64,000 bases of DNA from the NCBI GenBank assembly GCA_964036045.1, contig OZ038378.1:136462001-136526000 (forward strand), in the 5' to 3' direction. The position numbers and the translations under genes are program-made. The notes under the pieces are model-generated. The model worked only from the letters and a program-made list of their open reading frames with translations, was not told the DNA's origin and did no database searches. Every line of letters starts with the position of its first letter. The stretch's first letter is position 1. Positions 52,101-59,845 of the stretch are shown in pieces. Source of the DNA: Eutreptiella sp. 'Long Island Sound 2002'. Its lineage: Eukaryota; Protista; Euglenida.

Positions 52101-53306
52101 CGTGCCTACATCATGCAGGCAATTCAACAACATTGCCGCCATGTTGCGGTAGACACAGCACATGCCCAGTGGTTGCGCTTGCACGTGCGCCACATTGTGC
52201 CAGCTGTACCAGACGGTGCCACATGGTTGTTGGCCAAGAAGGTAGCCGTCGAGAAGGCCCGCCGTGCGGCGTATGATGCGGCAACCACCCTCAAGGAGTG
52301 TTTCAACAGTCAGGATTTCATACAAAAAAACTCCGAATGGAGCCCTCTCCAGGATAAAGCCTATCGTGACATATTAGACCGCGAATCCACCTTGCTTCGG
52401 CATTGTTTGATCTTCGTTGCTGCCCGTGTGACCGTTGTGCAAAATACCACCACCGATGGGCAAGAGGTGTTGAACGGAGCTCACGGGACGGTAGTTGCGT
52501 TCTGTGATACCCACGTCCGCGTTGCCTTTGATGATGGGCGTACTCTTCGGGTGGGTCGCGAGAGTTCTATCGATATCAGCTACCAAGGTGTCCCCTTGCG
52601 GCGACAACAATTCCCCCTCGAGTTGGCGGTGGCCACGACCATCCATGACATCCAGGGGGCCACAATTGCTATTTTGGCCACATACCTAGACGACAAACCG
52701 GACCACCTCCTATGGTCTCGAACCATGCTCTTCACCTTGTTGACCCGTGCTGAGACCCTAAGTGGTATTTACATTGTGGGTTACGATGAAGGGGTTCTTC
52801 GTGGCTTGCTGCAACATCGCACCAGTTGGCACGCCGAAGTGGACGAGTGGATCCAGCAGCGTGACGTGTTTGCCCATCTCCATGAGAATACCGCCGCCAC
52901 CGTAGATGAGCCCTTGGGCGATTTGGCCTTCCACCAAGCTGAGGGTGCAATTTTCTATCCGCAGGGCACCAACGTGGCGTACCACATCGAGTCCGTTGGC
53001 ACAGGCGAGATTTACCCCGGGTCGACGAACTACATGGCGCGCCGCATTCGACAACACAATGGCCAGCTCTCACCGCCTACTCTTCAAACAAGGCATCGCC
53101 GCGATTGGCGTTTCGTGCATGTCATTCACGGCTTCCCCCCTGGCGGGCCCGGTAAGCTGTTGGCACGGTGGTTCGAGGCAGAGCTGCAACAACGGCCATG
53201 GCGTGGCGCGGACCGATTGGAGCGGGAGTTGCTGGCTCGAACATTGGCCGCGGAGTGGCGCCGTGTTGGCCGTGCAAACCTGATAGTGGACGTTGTCCCA
53301 GAGTAG
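43140..53306 (+). CDS. Helitron-like Rep/helicase polyprotein (3388 aa) with a C-terminal SLX1-like GIY-YIG endonuclease
   Basis: HUH Rep motifs LGDMTYFGT, EWQTDKPNLHHLHW and YLIKY; PIF1 motifs GPPGTGKS, LYIDEM, FGGVFVFAAGDHYQTEPV, RQQFPLELAVATTIHDIQG and LLTRA; GIY-YIG AYHI...IYPGST...ARRIRQHNG...WRFVHVIHGF...WFE. Confidence 0.92.
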   Translation: MSIPHLESGTLSSAPPTNSSIPDLEFGSQSSTVSDSESYLLPAEGPFQLHGSAMAEGGSTRAVPSGRRVFDPSTSSIVRCVDVSTILSHECVSNAEMCSWDGDDQSDKVYSIDNASLVVRLQHPVWPPQHKYFSVDTVGVCGLSSVLGTDGVSPPDQHGTNVCVHKGMTEEATPTTTNSSAPSLDPVGSEASALPELKDLSATSTQTTRGAANPSDTCIHPDTDFVGRRFNRSAGSPCMSPAASERTSGCASVHPPQDDYRVVSTNDITTSCCSPIHMACFILMVGSFILLHIAQRRGCSDMVFVFHSALCFLLRFGTPNHWGNLFSFARRSWGTGCKHLCGTGGRCLLAIIFALSPFCPPDANDSLADKAIVLVMLFLLLRQLCAMMWSMKARRRHTPWPSRALDRTRHPRQTARHKRKRARRKYRHLMRARLRAQTNAWHYVWVLNELLHCSMELVFVSATVYHNSIVSCALHIGIVVVFFPGLWAASLALLRPCCSGLLQVFILQFSSFPLYDAAITAVCMGNWGTLVHCALYCNVAGPLLCRWVVYEQLRRALPHVLCATLQRARCLWRPLMRMCMPCTIKEAFLRLAVPPVELLFLHTFTIAMPFLPSVPLWASVCVCPMLCFIGLFFTEDARATMGFLIHIFRRCLSFLVVHHMHNALAMGACIVGTTLELLLCGSLLDVFNDPWAAALQLMCNATMHALVGNGPCITTLLCCGCGRADEQLFHVPNPIRRAATVSCALIRTDASGWFEAPSLAEEHFIWARDNGFPLYCAPCRNYRDHQWDSAQSGGQQTKYAASCMSIVGYLLGTEFADEVWPMLPPKVQHQWRGLILRCAQHPSRVQDAHEYKRLPLSMAHFHEVANFPRDTKCAVCRWGLHAEEVSFLPYFRFHDCQWLQGSSVAEATLRCTFQHPDGTFCHNRRPQTRPLCIDHQPVEEGRCGKPTGRGTRCRNLHGACAIHRPHEPQPGSREPGPVPVPRPSCGLRSAQPTLDDRGVEEVSCSQRERCTGHTRKGRCRSYALPGTTRCAYHPIGSECPLPAYLQLSPHISNHTAPVVVAPTCTAVEDDTMHVSPISAAREEVVVEEGAHVSSDDEIVEIEVVVEEGAHVSSDDEIVEIAPRMEGGGPLSNASLSDVELDGDQRCATMSSSSRSSGRLSPQNDEDHDLESGGPLSIASMSEVDSESTQRSSIMSIPEPSSCNMRDDVCDTSIVHRGEASSCMPDGDGDAEGSASTYGSEGWCDDNDPNFDGSQCCVSQGGPEVGCDASQPPPRLRRRHPKQTRMAWLAPCWDVAAQHPLLPEGHAGICTRALFHHVHGLAFAVCAYCEKRWWAKHLFSVVWPSNQLRDDALNPVDPPTFHAPVHQNLGHLAPVRINDVAVSGVRLRRDKRTGRPTSAQYQLLGICGDGRGISTQFISFGHKALRYVLAPQSILWRWYRILHRHRPDLECVWSHLWGPPGCSNREDLDRDVPNVTFGTCPREATWVKQVKRRAPLSQEEASARRVILRKGAPGWVMPRVLPHTPQNAITAALHSLLVVRSIRATLLQPTDAATDVNHPIYDTLAMIFRGLFRGDIPERQLFKELRELLTMPHGLLRERQLTRGQSRCAYTVLDTLLTRIFVRSSVGNDLPTMFRPTWPRRTGVVLPPAFAPCALHCTLTEPPPVDFLQHLNNLVADWPINERLGICGPVLLVYVDCTATTSDVDIPFVPDYLPGFVGRYVLRALLCCKSDTWVAVVPGRAVNANRALFECGQYTIKRHQTMRWSLKAGTTAMLVYERPVLRQGIDVDTQDVEGWVRATESAAQTARPPAQEDASDSGSSSSSAPSDGLPEPLPVQADVLENVLERLNGLAQDIGDEDLRWAEQQFLASVGGEADAFADDSIDEALEGTGTYVKDAMEYLDDNPSNSAGVHVLLSTLAELTAQRAKPAQWVRNFAQSVTSRLPNLPNIYEYLEAYLFPSHFPVRDPQTGHFAGNMPLRMYSASTLADGLQGFVNPERHVQEVLNDPHSTRAHDVTWISYAFNVLLSRLLERGPSVSMVKRGLQAALRDYGSQQEYSERFGDTPLPGLLYDKADADRHVALLCAARKKLGDMTYFGTETCDMSRFPGVAPLWKRIVDQGLDPQYFAVDLQRAWYRSSNLLRRHLMEDPAKPLGNITHVFIHCEWQTDKPNLHHLHWGVWTDDPIHHVNPDVRHAAIQRALARLSASVPHAFDWLGDASEIAYWEARAALVQPHKHGDKCKVPVRDPTQVVFQCKAGMPKPLHSDVGFTPLEVKIPDSLRDLLVEEGVAFEDTETPGVVRLHEDLQGGIWEPPRLKNDGLISQFCPRVFVATNGCHSNWQLVYGSRFLLAYLIKYLSSEEERSVVRLTQQGPQIVKATEHDEHKRKRTTGLRLKRKCHGRTIGVPEMVFYCLGYSAVYCTFSSRHVNTGTPEGRFRVLRMKWRPQPQESPIFGPAPTGGRGCPDDSRCGRLNGEPMFPDREPTTDQRQSYTTWDIDRYHPDAVLLYCLRPPETYPLELRDWAEFVVTDIRNRNLRKLSWDKRRQRVLDWKTHGFYDLRYNRVYLHWEILRHPHLWRTVFRRLNDLPAGQALAHALDYPSDREPWMSVVVKWDIRVLIFVEPRFRPGFCVDWLCQRILRLSGPFGNEVANRDSFLASMGYDSLHEALTSLFVNLSLGEWILEEASGWPIGFKTVWRLVIRIWEQQRSGTTYEVSIPMTDRELEAEHCQKYTALLNTIQLRHCNRMLKVPPWNQHPEQTDASWAEQQRSANFVKDDVRLIIQSLQDISPGDWVTDGLYYARPIYISGPPGTGKSWVALQVLKWIWSATILGPEHWELTAVGAMFAQNGGGVHLHRLCLFRPGKSNLWTTPQGLAATALKRLKKHPHLVRRLQELLVLYIDEMGQCGAPLLLALHLVLSKLRGTDLPFGGVFVFAAGDHYQTEPVDMAPPYTSWFMKCHFRVITLKELFRSRNDQTLQTIINLARVPQLMPASRAYIMQAIQQHCRHVAVDTAHAQWLRLHVRHIVPAVPDGATWLLAKKVAVEKARRAAYDAATTLKECFNSQDFIQKNSEWSPLQDKAYRDILDRESTLLRHCLIFVAARVTVVQNTTTDGQEVLNGAHGTVVAFCDTHVRVAFDDGRTLRVGRESSIDISYQGVPLRRQQFPLELAVATTIHDIQGATIAILATYLDDKPDHLLWSRTMLFTLLTRAETLSGIYIVGYDEGVLRGLLQHRTSWHAEVDEWIQQRDVFAHLHENTAATVDEPLGDLAFHQAEGAIFYPQGTNVAYHIESVGTGEIYPGSTNYMARRIRQHNGQLSPPTLQTRHRRDWRFVHVIHGFPPGGPGKLLARWFEAELQQRPWRGADRLERELLARTLAAEWRRVGRANLIVDVVPE
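45870..46238 (+). other. Three CCCH-type zinc fingers within the large ORF
   Basis: RCTFQHPDGTFCHN...CIDH, RCGKPTGRGTRCRN...CAIH and RCTGHTRKGRCRS...CAYH. Confidence 0.7.
47695..48470 (+). other. Degenerate USP-like (pseudo-deubiquitinase) domain within the large ORF
   Basis: LPHTPQNAITAALHSLLVVRSIRATLL resembles the USP Cys box without the Cys. GQSRCAYTVLDTLL resembles the QQDA box. YVLRALLCCKSDTWVAVV resembles the His box without the His. Confidence 0.5.
48980..50420 (+). other. HUH Y2 Rep (rolling-circle initiator) domain, Helitron2/Helentron-like
   Basis: YLFPSHFP; motif 1 near 49398; HLH at 49650-49658; QPHKHGDKC...CKAGMPKP; YLIKY at 50181-50195; RTIGVPEMVFYCLG. Confidence 0.88.
51520..52790 (+). 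other. SF1B PIF1-family helicase domain
   Basis: Walker A at 51543-51566, Walker B DE at 51822, and motifs III, V and VI recognisable. Confidence 0.93.
52971..53200 (+). other. SLX1-type GIY-YIG endonuclease domain
   Basis: Tyr 52980, Tyr 53013, RR-x-x-QHNG at 53040 and FE at 53172-53177 follow the SLX1 pattern YLL...YVG.T...RRxxQHNG...W.mv..vhGFp...FE. Confidence 0.85.
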
Positions 53307-56300
53307 GTTCTGGACATCCCATTTCTCTGTTGCGTTTAATGATGTGCGTCCGCAACCCTCCAACCGGGGCACAAGTGTTCCGTCACTTTACCCCACTGAG
53401 GGGTGCCTCGCAAGGTACACCCCAAGGACCTACCAACATTAGATCATGCATCGGCCGCCCTTTGCAGAGCGCCATTCCGTTGAGGGCTCCTACCCCCATT
53501 AGCCAGCTCCCTCTCAAGCCAAACCCGGGCCGACCTGTGTTACCCTTCTTCTTGTGTGTATCAATTGATCCTACCCTACATGATGCAATCTTACTGCCAC
53601 CGCTACCGCCCAACCCTCTGTCCAATTTGCCTACCCATACCTGTTGTGCGGATGGGTGCTCTTAACCCCCCAATCTCTATCCCGGCACAAGGAGTGCAAT
53701 GCCACACGTACCCCCCCACCCTGCCTCCAATCTGCAAGCCATCCATCTGCTTGGGGCTCTTGTAGCCCGTTCGCATTGCTGCTGTCATTGGTCCTCAGGT
53801 GGTTGGCTGATTGTCCTCCCTTTGGGAGCTTGAACCAACCACGTTTGCCAGCCCCCTTTCAAGACACGTCAGGCTGCTGTGCATTGCCCTAATGATTACC
53901 CTGTGATGCATTCTTGGTGTTCTTTGGAAAGAGAAACCTGGCCCCTCCCCTGCAAAGTCTTCTCCTGTGACATCTTGCCACGTTTCGTCTCACCATTCCA
54001 TGTCCCACCACCGCGGCCTGCCCTGCAACAAATAGTGTCTCAATCATGTCAAGGTGGTTGCCACAATAACCGCCCTTCGGGGGCATGAAGTGGATTGGCT
54101 TTTGCGTGGTGTATACCCGGTGGGCATGCTGTCACAACCCATTGCAAGCAAGCCCGCAGCATTTCCTAAGAGCTAGCCTCCACCCTCCCTCTATTCCGTC
54201 TTCCTGGTTAGGGTTAGGGTTGAGAGCTGTGCTCCAACTGCCAGTGCATTGTTGTTTATTGTGCGTTACATGCAGCGGGCCAATATTACACCAACCGTCA
54301 TCGTGTCATGTTTTGCACACCCCCCTCCCCCTCATGTAGGGCAACGATCATCGGTTCTTTGCATGACAATACATGCAGGTTGCACGCAAATTGCCGCATG
54401 GCCGCGGGAGGACAGAATTATGGCCTGTGCAAGGACACACTTAATTCCCTTCCACCTGTTCCATCCTTCTTTGTGCACCCCCCCTCCCCCCCCCTGCGCA
54501 AGTACCGCCTTGTCTAAGTACCAGGACCCGGTCTGACTGTCACTTTTACCGATTTTTCTAACCTCGGCTTTTAGGTTACAAAGTAGGCAAACCGTGATTG
54601 TGTGCCGATTGTGTAGGGAAAGAGGGGCTGTTCCATGCTTGTTAGGAGTCCTCCTGCTTGTAACAACATTCTGCTTGGTACTGCACCCCACTGCACCCCA
54701 CTGCCCTTTGTTTTGGTGTGATTTTCAGCCATGACTAATGTCTATACCCTTGGCTTGGCTGTCACGTAGATCCGGTCCAGTGGTGAGCATGCGCCTGCCA
54801 CTATCATTGGTCGTTGTAATGGGGAAGATTCCACAACCGAGGAATTGCAACTTATGAGCGCCCATACGCCATACGCCAGCCCCACCAAAACCGCCCTGAT
54901 GCAACTATTGTGCTTAGGGTGAGGGATGGGCAGGTTTTCGGGACATGCATTCTTTGGTACTCTGTGTTGCGCGGTTGCACCGCCTTGTCTAAGCGCCGGG
55001 ACCCGGTCTGACTGTCAGTTTCCTGACCTGGCTGGTGCTTGCGCAAGGAGAGGGGGTTACCCAGTTACGCTGGCGGTGAGGTTCTGTTTTAGTGCCGCTT
55101 CATGCGCTCTTGTTCCGGCCACTGTTTTGGGTGCTGGTCTGATATAGTGCAGGTTGCTTACATTTTTCTGAACATGCGCACTCCAGCCCAGTTTGCAGCA
55201 ATTTTGTTGCTTGCTGATCATTCGTCCGTGTGTTCGGCTGCAAAACATACACCCCCGCTAGTCACATTCTTATCTCCTCGATGCAAGGGCAAATGATACA
55301 TACAAACGCATGCGTACAGCACATCACAGCATGCCACAGTAGTACAGTAGTACAGTGCAGTACAGAGCATGCTACATCATGACACTGCAAGGTGCCACCC
55401 CACAGCACCCCACCATTCCCCCACCTACCCTGCCTACCCTCGTTGTTCCCCCACCCACCGCCCCCATGGTTGGAGTGCCCCAACGTATCCCACCTACCAC
55501 ATCTCTCCCCAACCCACCTCAGTCTACTCAACTCAAACTCAAGGCAACCCAACCCAAGCCACCCCCAAGCCACCTCATGTTGTGAGTGAACGCAACGTGT
55601 GAGTGAACCCCAGTTTGAGCTTGACAGTGTCCAGATTCATGGCTGCACGTGGATGTTCAGCCAGATGGCGCATGTGTGACCACCTCTATGACGTGTGGTC
55701 ATGGCCCATCAAATGCATTTCGTTTTGTTATGCAGAACCTTGACCATTCATGTTGGCACTATTGAACACTTAACACAGAGGAGGCGTACCAAACCATCAC
55801 CCCTCGGTTGTCCAATTAGCATTGGGTGAAAAAGGCAAACCAACCCTTTGTTGGCTACTTCTCTGATCATTACCTTCCCCCATTGCATCCCCGACTACTA
55901 ATGTAGACGGGGTTTGCGCAAGCGCAATGTGAGGTTAGTGGCCAAACCCAATCAGCGGTGGTTTTTGTCATGGTACGTGCGGAACTTCAGTTCTGTTCCT
56001 TCTCAATGTGAAAACCTCATTCTTGCACTTTGCAAAATATATATTGGACATGGCATGTGATACGTGTTTTGGCCCGGTCACAGTCCGTTGAGACAAGAAG
56101 GTGGGTTTCACGTCAATGCAGTTTGGTTGTCCTCATGACAGCCACCATCTCAAATGGGAAAGATTGCTTTCGTTTTGCGTGTTCCTTTCTGCATGTTGTG
56201 CAATTCAGCTCTTGCCCTTGTGCTTTTGTCGCGGAGCGCTTTTTTCCTCACCGATGTGGGAGCCCCCAAGGTCTTGGGGTTATGTAGCCACCTTGCCCAC

Positions 56301-57987
56301 ATGTGGGACACTTTTTTTACTTCCTTTCCAATGTGGGCACACCCAAGACACCAAGGGTTATGGAGCCACTTTGCCCACGCTTTCATTTCGTCCCCAATGC
56401 GGGGGCCCCCAAGAGAGCAAGGGTTATGTAGCAGCTTTGCCCGGACCTGGGCCCATGTTTTTTTTCCTCCCGGTGTGCGGACTCCCACGGTAGCAGGGGT
56501 TATGTACCCACTTTGCCCACGCTTTTCTTTCGTTCCCAATGCCTGGGCCCCCAAGATAGCAGGGTTTACGTAGTCAGTTTGCCCTCATCTGGGCCACATT
56601 TTTGAATTCCTCCCTGATGTGCGGAGTCCCAAGACCCTGAGGTGGGGAGTCCCAAGACAGCACGGCGTATGTAGCCACCTTGCCCACACCTTTCTTTCGT
56701 CCCCAGTGCCACGCCCCCCCCAAAAAGCAGGGGTTATGTAGCCATTTTCCTCACATGAGGGCCACGTTTTCGAATTCCTCCCCGATGACGGAACCCCCAA
56801 GCCAGCAGGGTTATGCATCCACTTTGCCCACATGTGCTCCCTCTCCGATGAGGGAACCCCAGAGAAAGCAGGGGTTATGTAGCCACTATGCCCACATGTT
56901 GGCCACATTTTTTCTTTCCTCTTTGATGTGGGAAACCCATGGAAGCACGGGGATCACATGTTGGCCACGTTTTTGTTTCCTCCCTGATCTGGGAACCCCC
57001 AGGACACCAGGGGTTGTCTGGCCACTTTGCCCACACTTTTGTTTCGTCCCCAATGCTAGGCCCCCCAAGAAAGCAGGGGTTCTGTAGACATTTTCCCCAC
57101 ATGAGGGCCACGTTTTCGAATTCCCCCCCGATGACGGAAGCCCCAAGCCAGCAGGGGTTATACATCCACTTTGCCCACATGTGCTCCCTCCCCGATGAGG
57201 GCACCCCAGAGCCAGCAGGGCTTATGTAGCCACTATGCCCACATGTTGGCCACAGGGGGATCACATGTTGGCCACGTTTTTGTTTCCTCCCCGATGTGGG
57301 AACCCCCAAGACACCAGGGGTTATCTGGCCACTTTGCCTGCACTTTCGTTTCGTCCCCAATGCTAGGCCCCCCAAGAAAGCAGGGGTTATGTAGCCATTT
57401 TGCCCACATGTGGGCCATTTTTTGATTCAGTCCCCGATATGGGGACCCCCAAGATGGTAGGGGTTATGTAGCCACTCTGCTCACAAGTGGGCCACAATTT
57501 TTTTTCCTCCCCGACATAGGAACCCCTAATAGTGCAGGGGCTATGTGGCATTTTTGCCCACATAGGGGCCACGTTTTTGTTTCCTTCCCAATGCAGGGAC
57601 CCCAAAGTAGCGGGGGTTATGTAGCCACCTTGCCCACATGTGCGGCACAGGTTCATTTTCTCCCCGATGTTTAAAACCCCCAGGATGGCATGGGTGATGT
57701 AGCCGCTTTGCTCATATGTGGCCTAGGTTTTTATTTCCTTTCCGATGTGGGGACCCCAAGACAACAAGCGTTATGTAGCAACGTTGCCCACATGTGGGCC
57801 AATTTTTGTTTCCTCCCCAATGTGGGGTCCCAAGAAAGCAGTGGTCATGCTATCTTTAGGCCACCTTACATACTTCATGCATGCGTGTGCATGCGTGTAT
57901 GCATTGGCGGTACGTTCGACGGTCACGTCCAATGATTTGAGAATGCATACACCAACAAACTTAGGGTCTCTCTTCCTATCACATCTC

Positions 57988-58725
57988 ATGATGAACGCAG
58001 CATGGGCAATGCCGTCGGAAATTTGGTGCTTGATATGCTTATTTCTCGTCCCCATCGATGCCATGCCACTATTGCGCATATCCCGACTTGTTGGCAAACG
58101 TTTGGGACGGTCGATCTTGTACAACTTTGAAAGATTCCTAATCCGAAGGTTGAAGGACTTCATTCCATTTCCACATGACTTTCTTGACTTATTGTCGGAT
58201 TGCATTGCGGAGGGTGTGGCCAAGGTGATTGTGTCTGGATCAAGCATATTGGAAGGCCTTCAGTATGAGACATATGGCGGTGATCTCGATCTTTATTGCG
58301 TTCCCTCGATGATGCCTACTGTATATCAACACCTTGTCAATGGTCAACATTTGGAACTCATCTCAATGTTTAGCAAACGGGACCTTGGCGAATATGCGCA
58401 TTTAAATAACTTGAATTCCATTTGGAATTTTGCATTTGCACGGTTTGTCCCCTACGTTGTACAACTGATCGTGGTAGAAAATGAGACGGAGCCCGTGAAC
58501 AACGTTGTCCTTGGCTTTGACTTCAATGTTGTAAAGAACTCCTTTGATGGAGTCAATCTATTTTGCGCAGCACCTGGATCGGTACATCAAAAACGAGTTC
58601 ATTTAACTCAAGGGCGAGAAATGAAGTGGGGCCGCGTGGAAAAATACCTCAAAAGGGGATACACTTTTGTAAACTGCCTGTCGAAAGACCACATTACTTT
58701 GCACATGGTTGTTAACAAGCTCTAA
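57988..58725 (+). CDS. F-box plus Pol-beta-superfamily nucleotidyltransferase-fold protein (paralog 2)
   Basis: MPSEIWCLICLFLVPIDAMPLLRISRL (F-box); VSGSSILEGL...GDLDLY; FDFNVVKNSFDG; RVEKYLKRGY. Likely start is ATG 57988 or 58009. Confidence 0.75.
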   Translation: MMNAAWAMPSEIWCLICLFLVPIDAMPLLRISRLVGKRLGRSILYNFERFLIRRLKDFIPFPHDFLDLLSDCIAEGVAKVIVSGSSILEGLQYETYGGDLDLYCVPSMMPTVYQHLVNGQHLELISMFSKRDLGEYAHLNNLNSIWNFAFARFVPYVVQLIVVENETEPVNNVVLGFDFNVVKNSFDGVNLFCAAPGSVHQKRVHLTQGREMKWGRVEKYLKRGYTFVNCLSKDHITLHMVVNKL

Positions 58726-59200
58726 TGCTTTGGCATGCAAGTGCACTGAGTGCTTGAGTTTTTCTCATTCGTCACATTGGATAAGTGTGTCCATGCGATG
58801 TGTATTTTATGCCCATCAGGCTGTGCTATATATATTGATATGCCCATGCACACCTGATTCTTGCAAGTTGCAGCATGGGTCCATGGTGCTATGCATGCAA
58901 GGGTAGGCCAATGAGTCTCGATGTTACTCTCATTGAATTTGAGAGGGCGAGTGTGAAACAATAGGATCTATTGTGATGCACGCTTGACTCTGGTGCTGGT
59001 CACTGTGGTGGGGTGTCAAAGGTCTATACCTAGCTCCATCCCGACAAAAGCCCAAGGTGCATGCAATGCAGAGCCATGAGCTTCCCATTGCTTTCCCTTG
59101 ACGTCATGCCTTGGACACCGCCAGTCTTTAGATGTCATGGCATGTCTTCAGCAAGCATACATGTAGAGGGTAGAAAGTACCCTTGGACCAATCTGATGTC

Positions 59201-59845
59201 ATGCTCCATGGTGTTGCGTGTGACAAATTGACTGAATTGACGATGCTGTCCACTTGTTTGTGCATTAGGAAGATTGTTACAATGTCCGCTAGCAAGATTG
59301 AAATGCAATTTGATGGTGTTGCAGCCGCCCGTGCCTATTGGGCTGCTCAAAAGTGCAAGTGTGGGCAACCCTACGAGGTTAGATATTGTGCATCTAAGGC
59401 AAATTATGGTTTTCTCCATCCCCACAAGGATGATGAGTGCTGCAAATCATGTGATGCCATTCATGGGTCATGCATAGCTGCCGAGGATGGCCTACTGAGA
59501 TGTGAATGTGATGAAGTACCACAGGAGGTTGCATGTAGGAACACCAAGAACGGCGGCCGCTCATTCTACGCTTGCGAAGCATGTGACGTTTTTCTGTGGG
59601 TAGATCCCAACATAACTCTTACACCAATCAAGACACCCACCAAGTCACCGAAAAGAAAGGCATCAGACATCGCTTCGAGTAGTCCGTCTGTCACAAGTCC
59701 GGCGGGTCACGCCATGGATGGTGCAAGTCCAAAGAAACCCCGAGTCAAAGGATCAAATCACATTGTTGGAGGCAATTGTGAACGCTACGAACTAACAATG
59801 CCAATTCGCCCACCTTTTTACTCCCCGATGACACAGCTTATGTAG
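59201..59845 (+). CDS. GRF zinc-finger protein
   Basis: CECDEVPQEVACRNTKNGGRSFYACEACDVFLWVD (59501-59605) fits the GRF finger. A second partial copy CKCGQPYEVRYCASKANYG lies upstream. The tail is S/T/P-rich and basic. Confidence 0.75.
   Translation: MLHGVACDKLTELTMLSTCLCIRKIVTMSASKIEMQFDGVAAARAYWAAQKCKCGQPYEVRYCASKANYGFLHPHKDDECCKSCDAIHGSCIAAEDGLLRCECDEVPQEVACRNTKNGGRSFYACEACDVFLWVDPNITLTPIKTPTKSPKRKASDIASSSPSVTSPAGHAMDGASPKKPRVKGSNHIVGGNCERYELTMPIRPPFYSPMTQLM

Noticed and set aside
54205-54220. TTAGGGTTAGGG as a telomeric repeat
   Set aside because: Only two copies; expected by chance.
53307-56240. Helitron 3' terminus (hairpin plus CTRR) downstream of RepHel
   Set aside because: Several CTAG sites exist, but none has a convincing GC-rich stem at the right distance; termini are left undefined.
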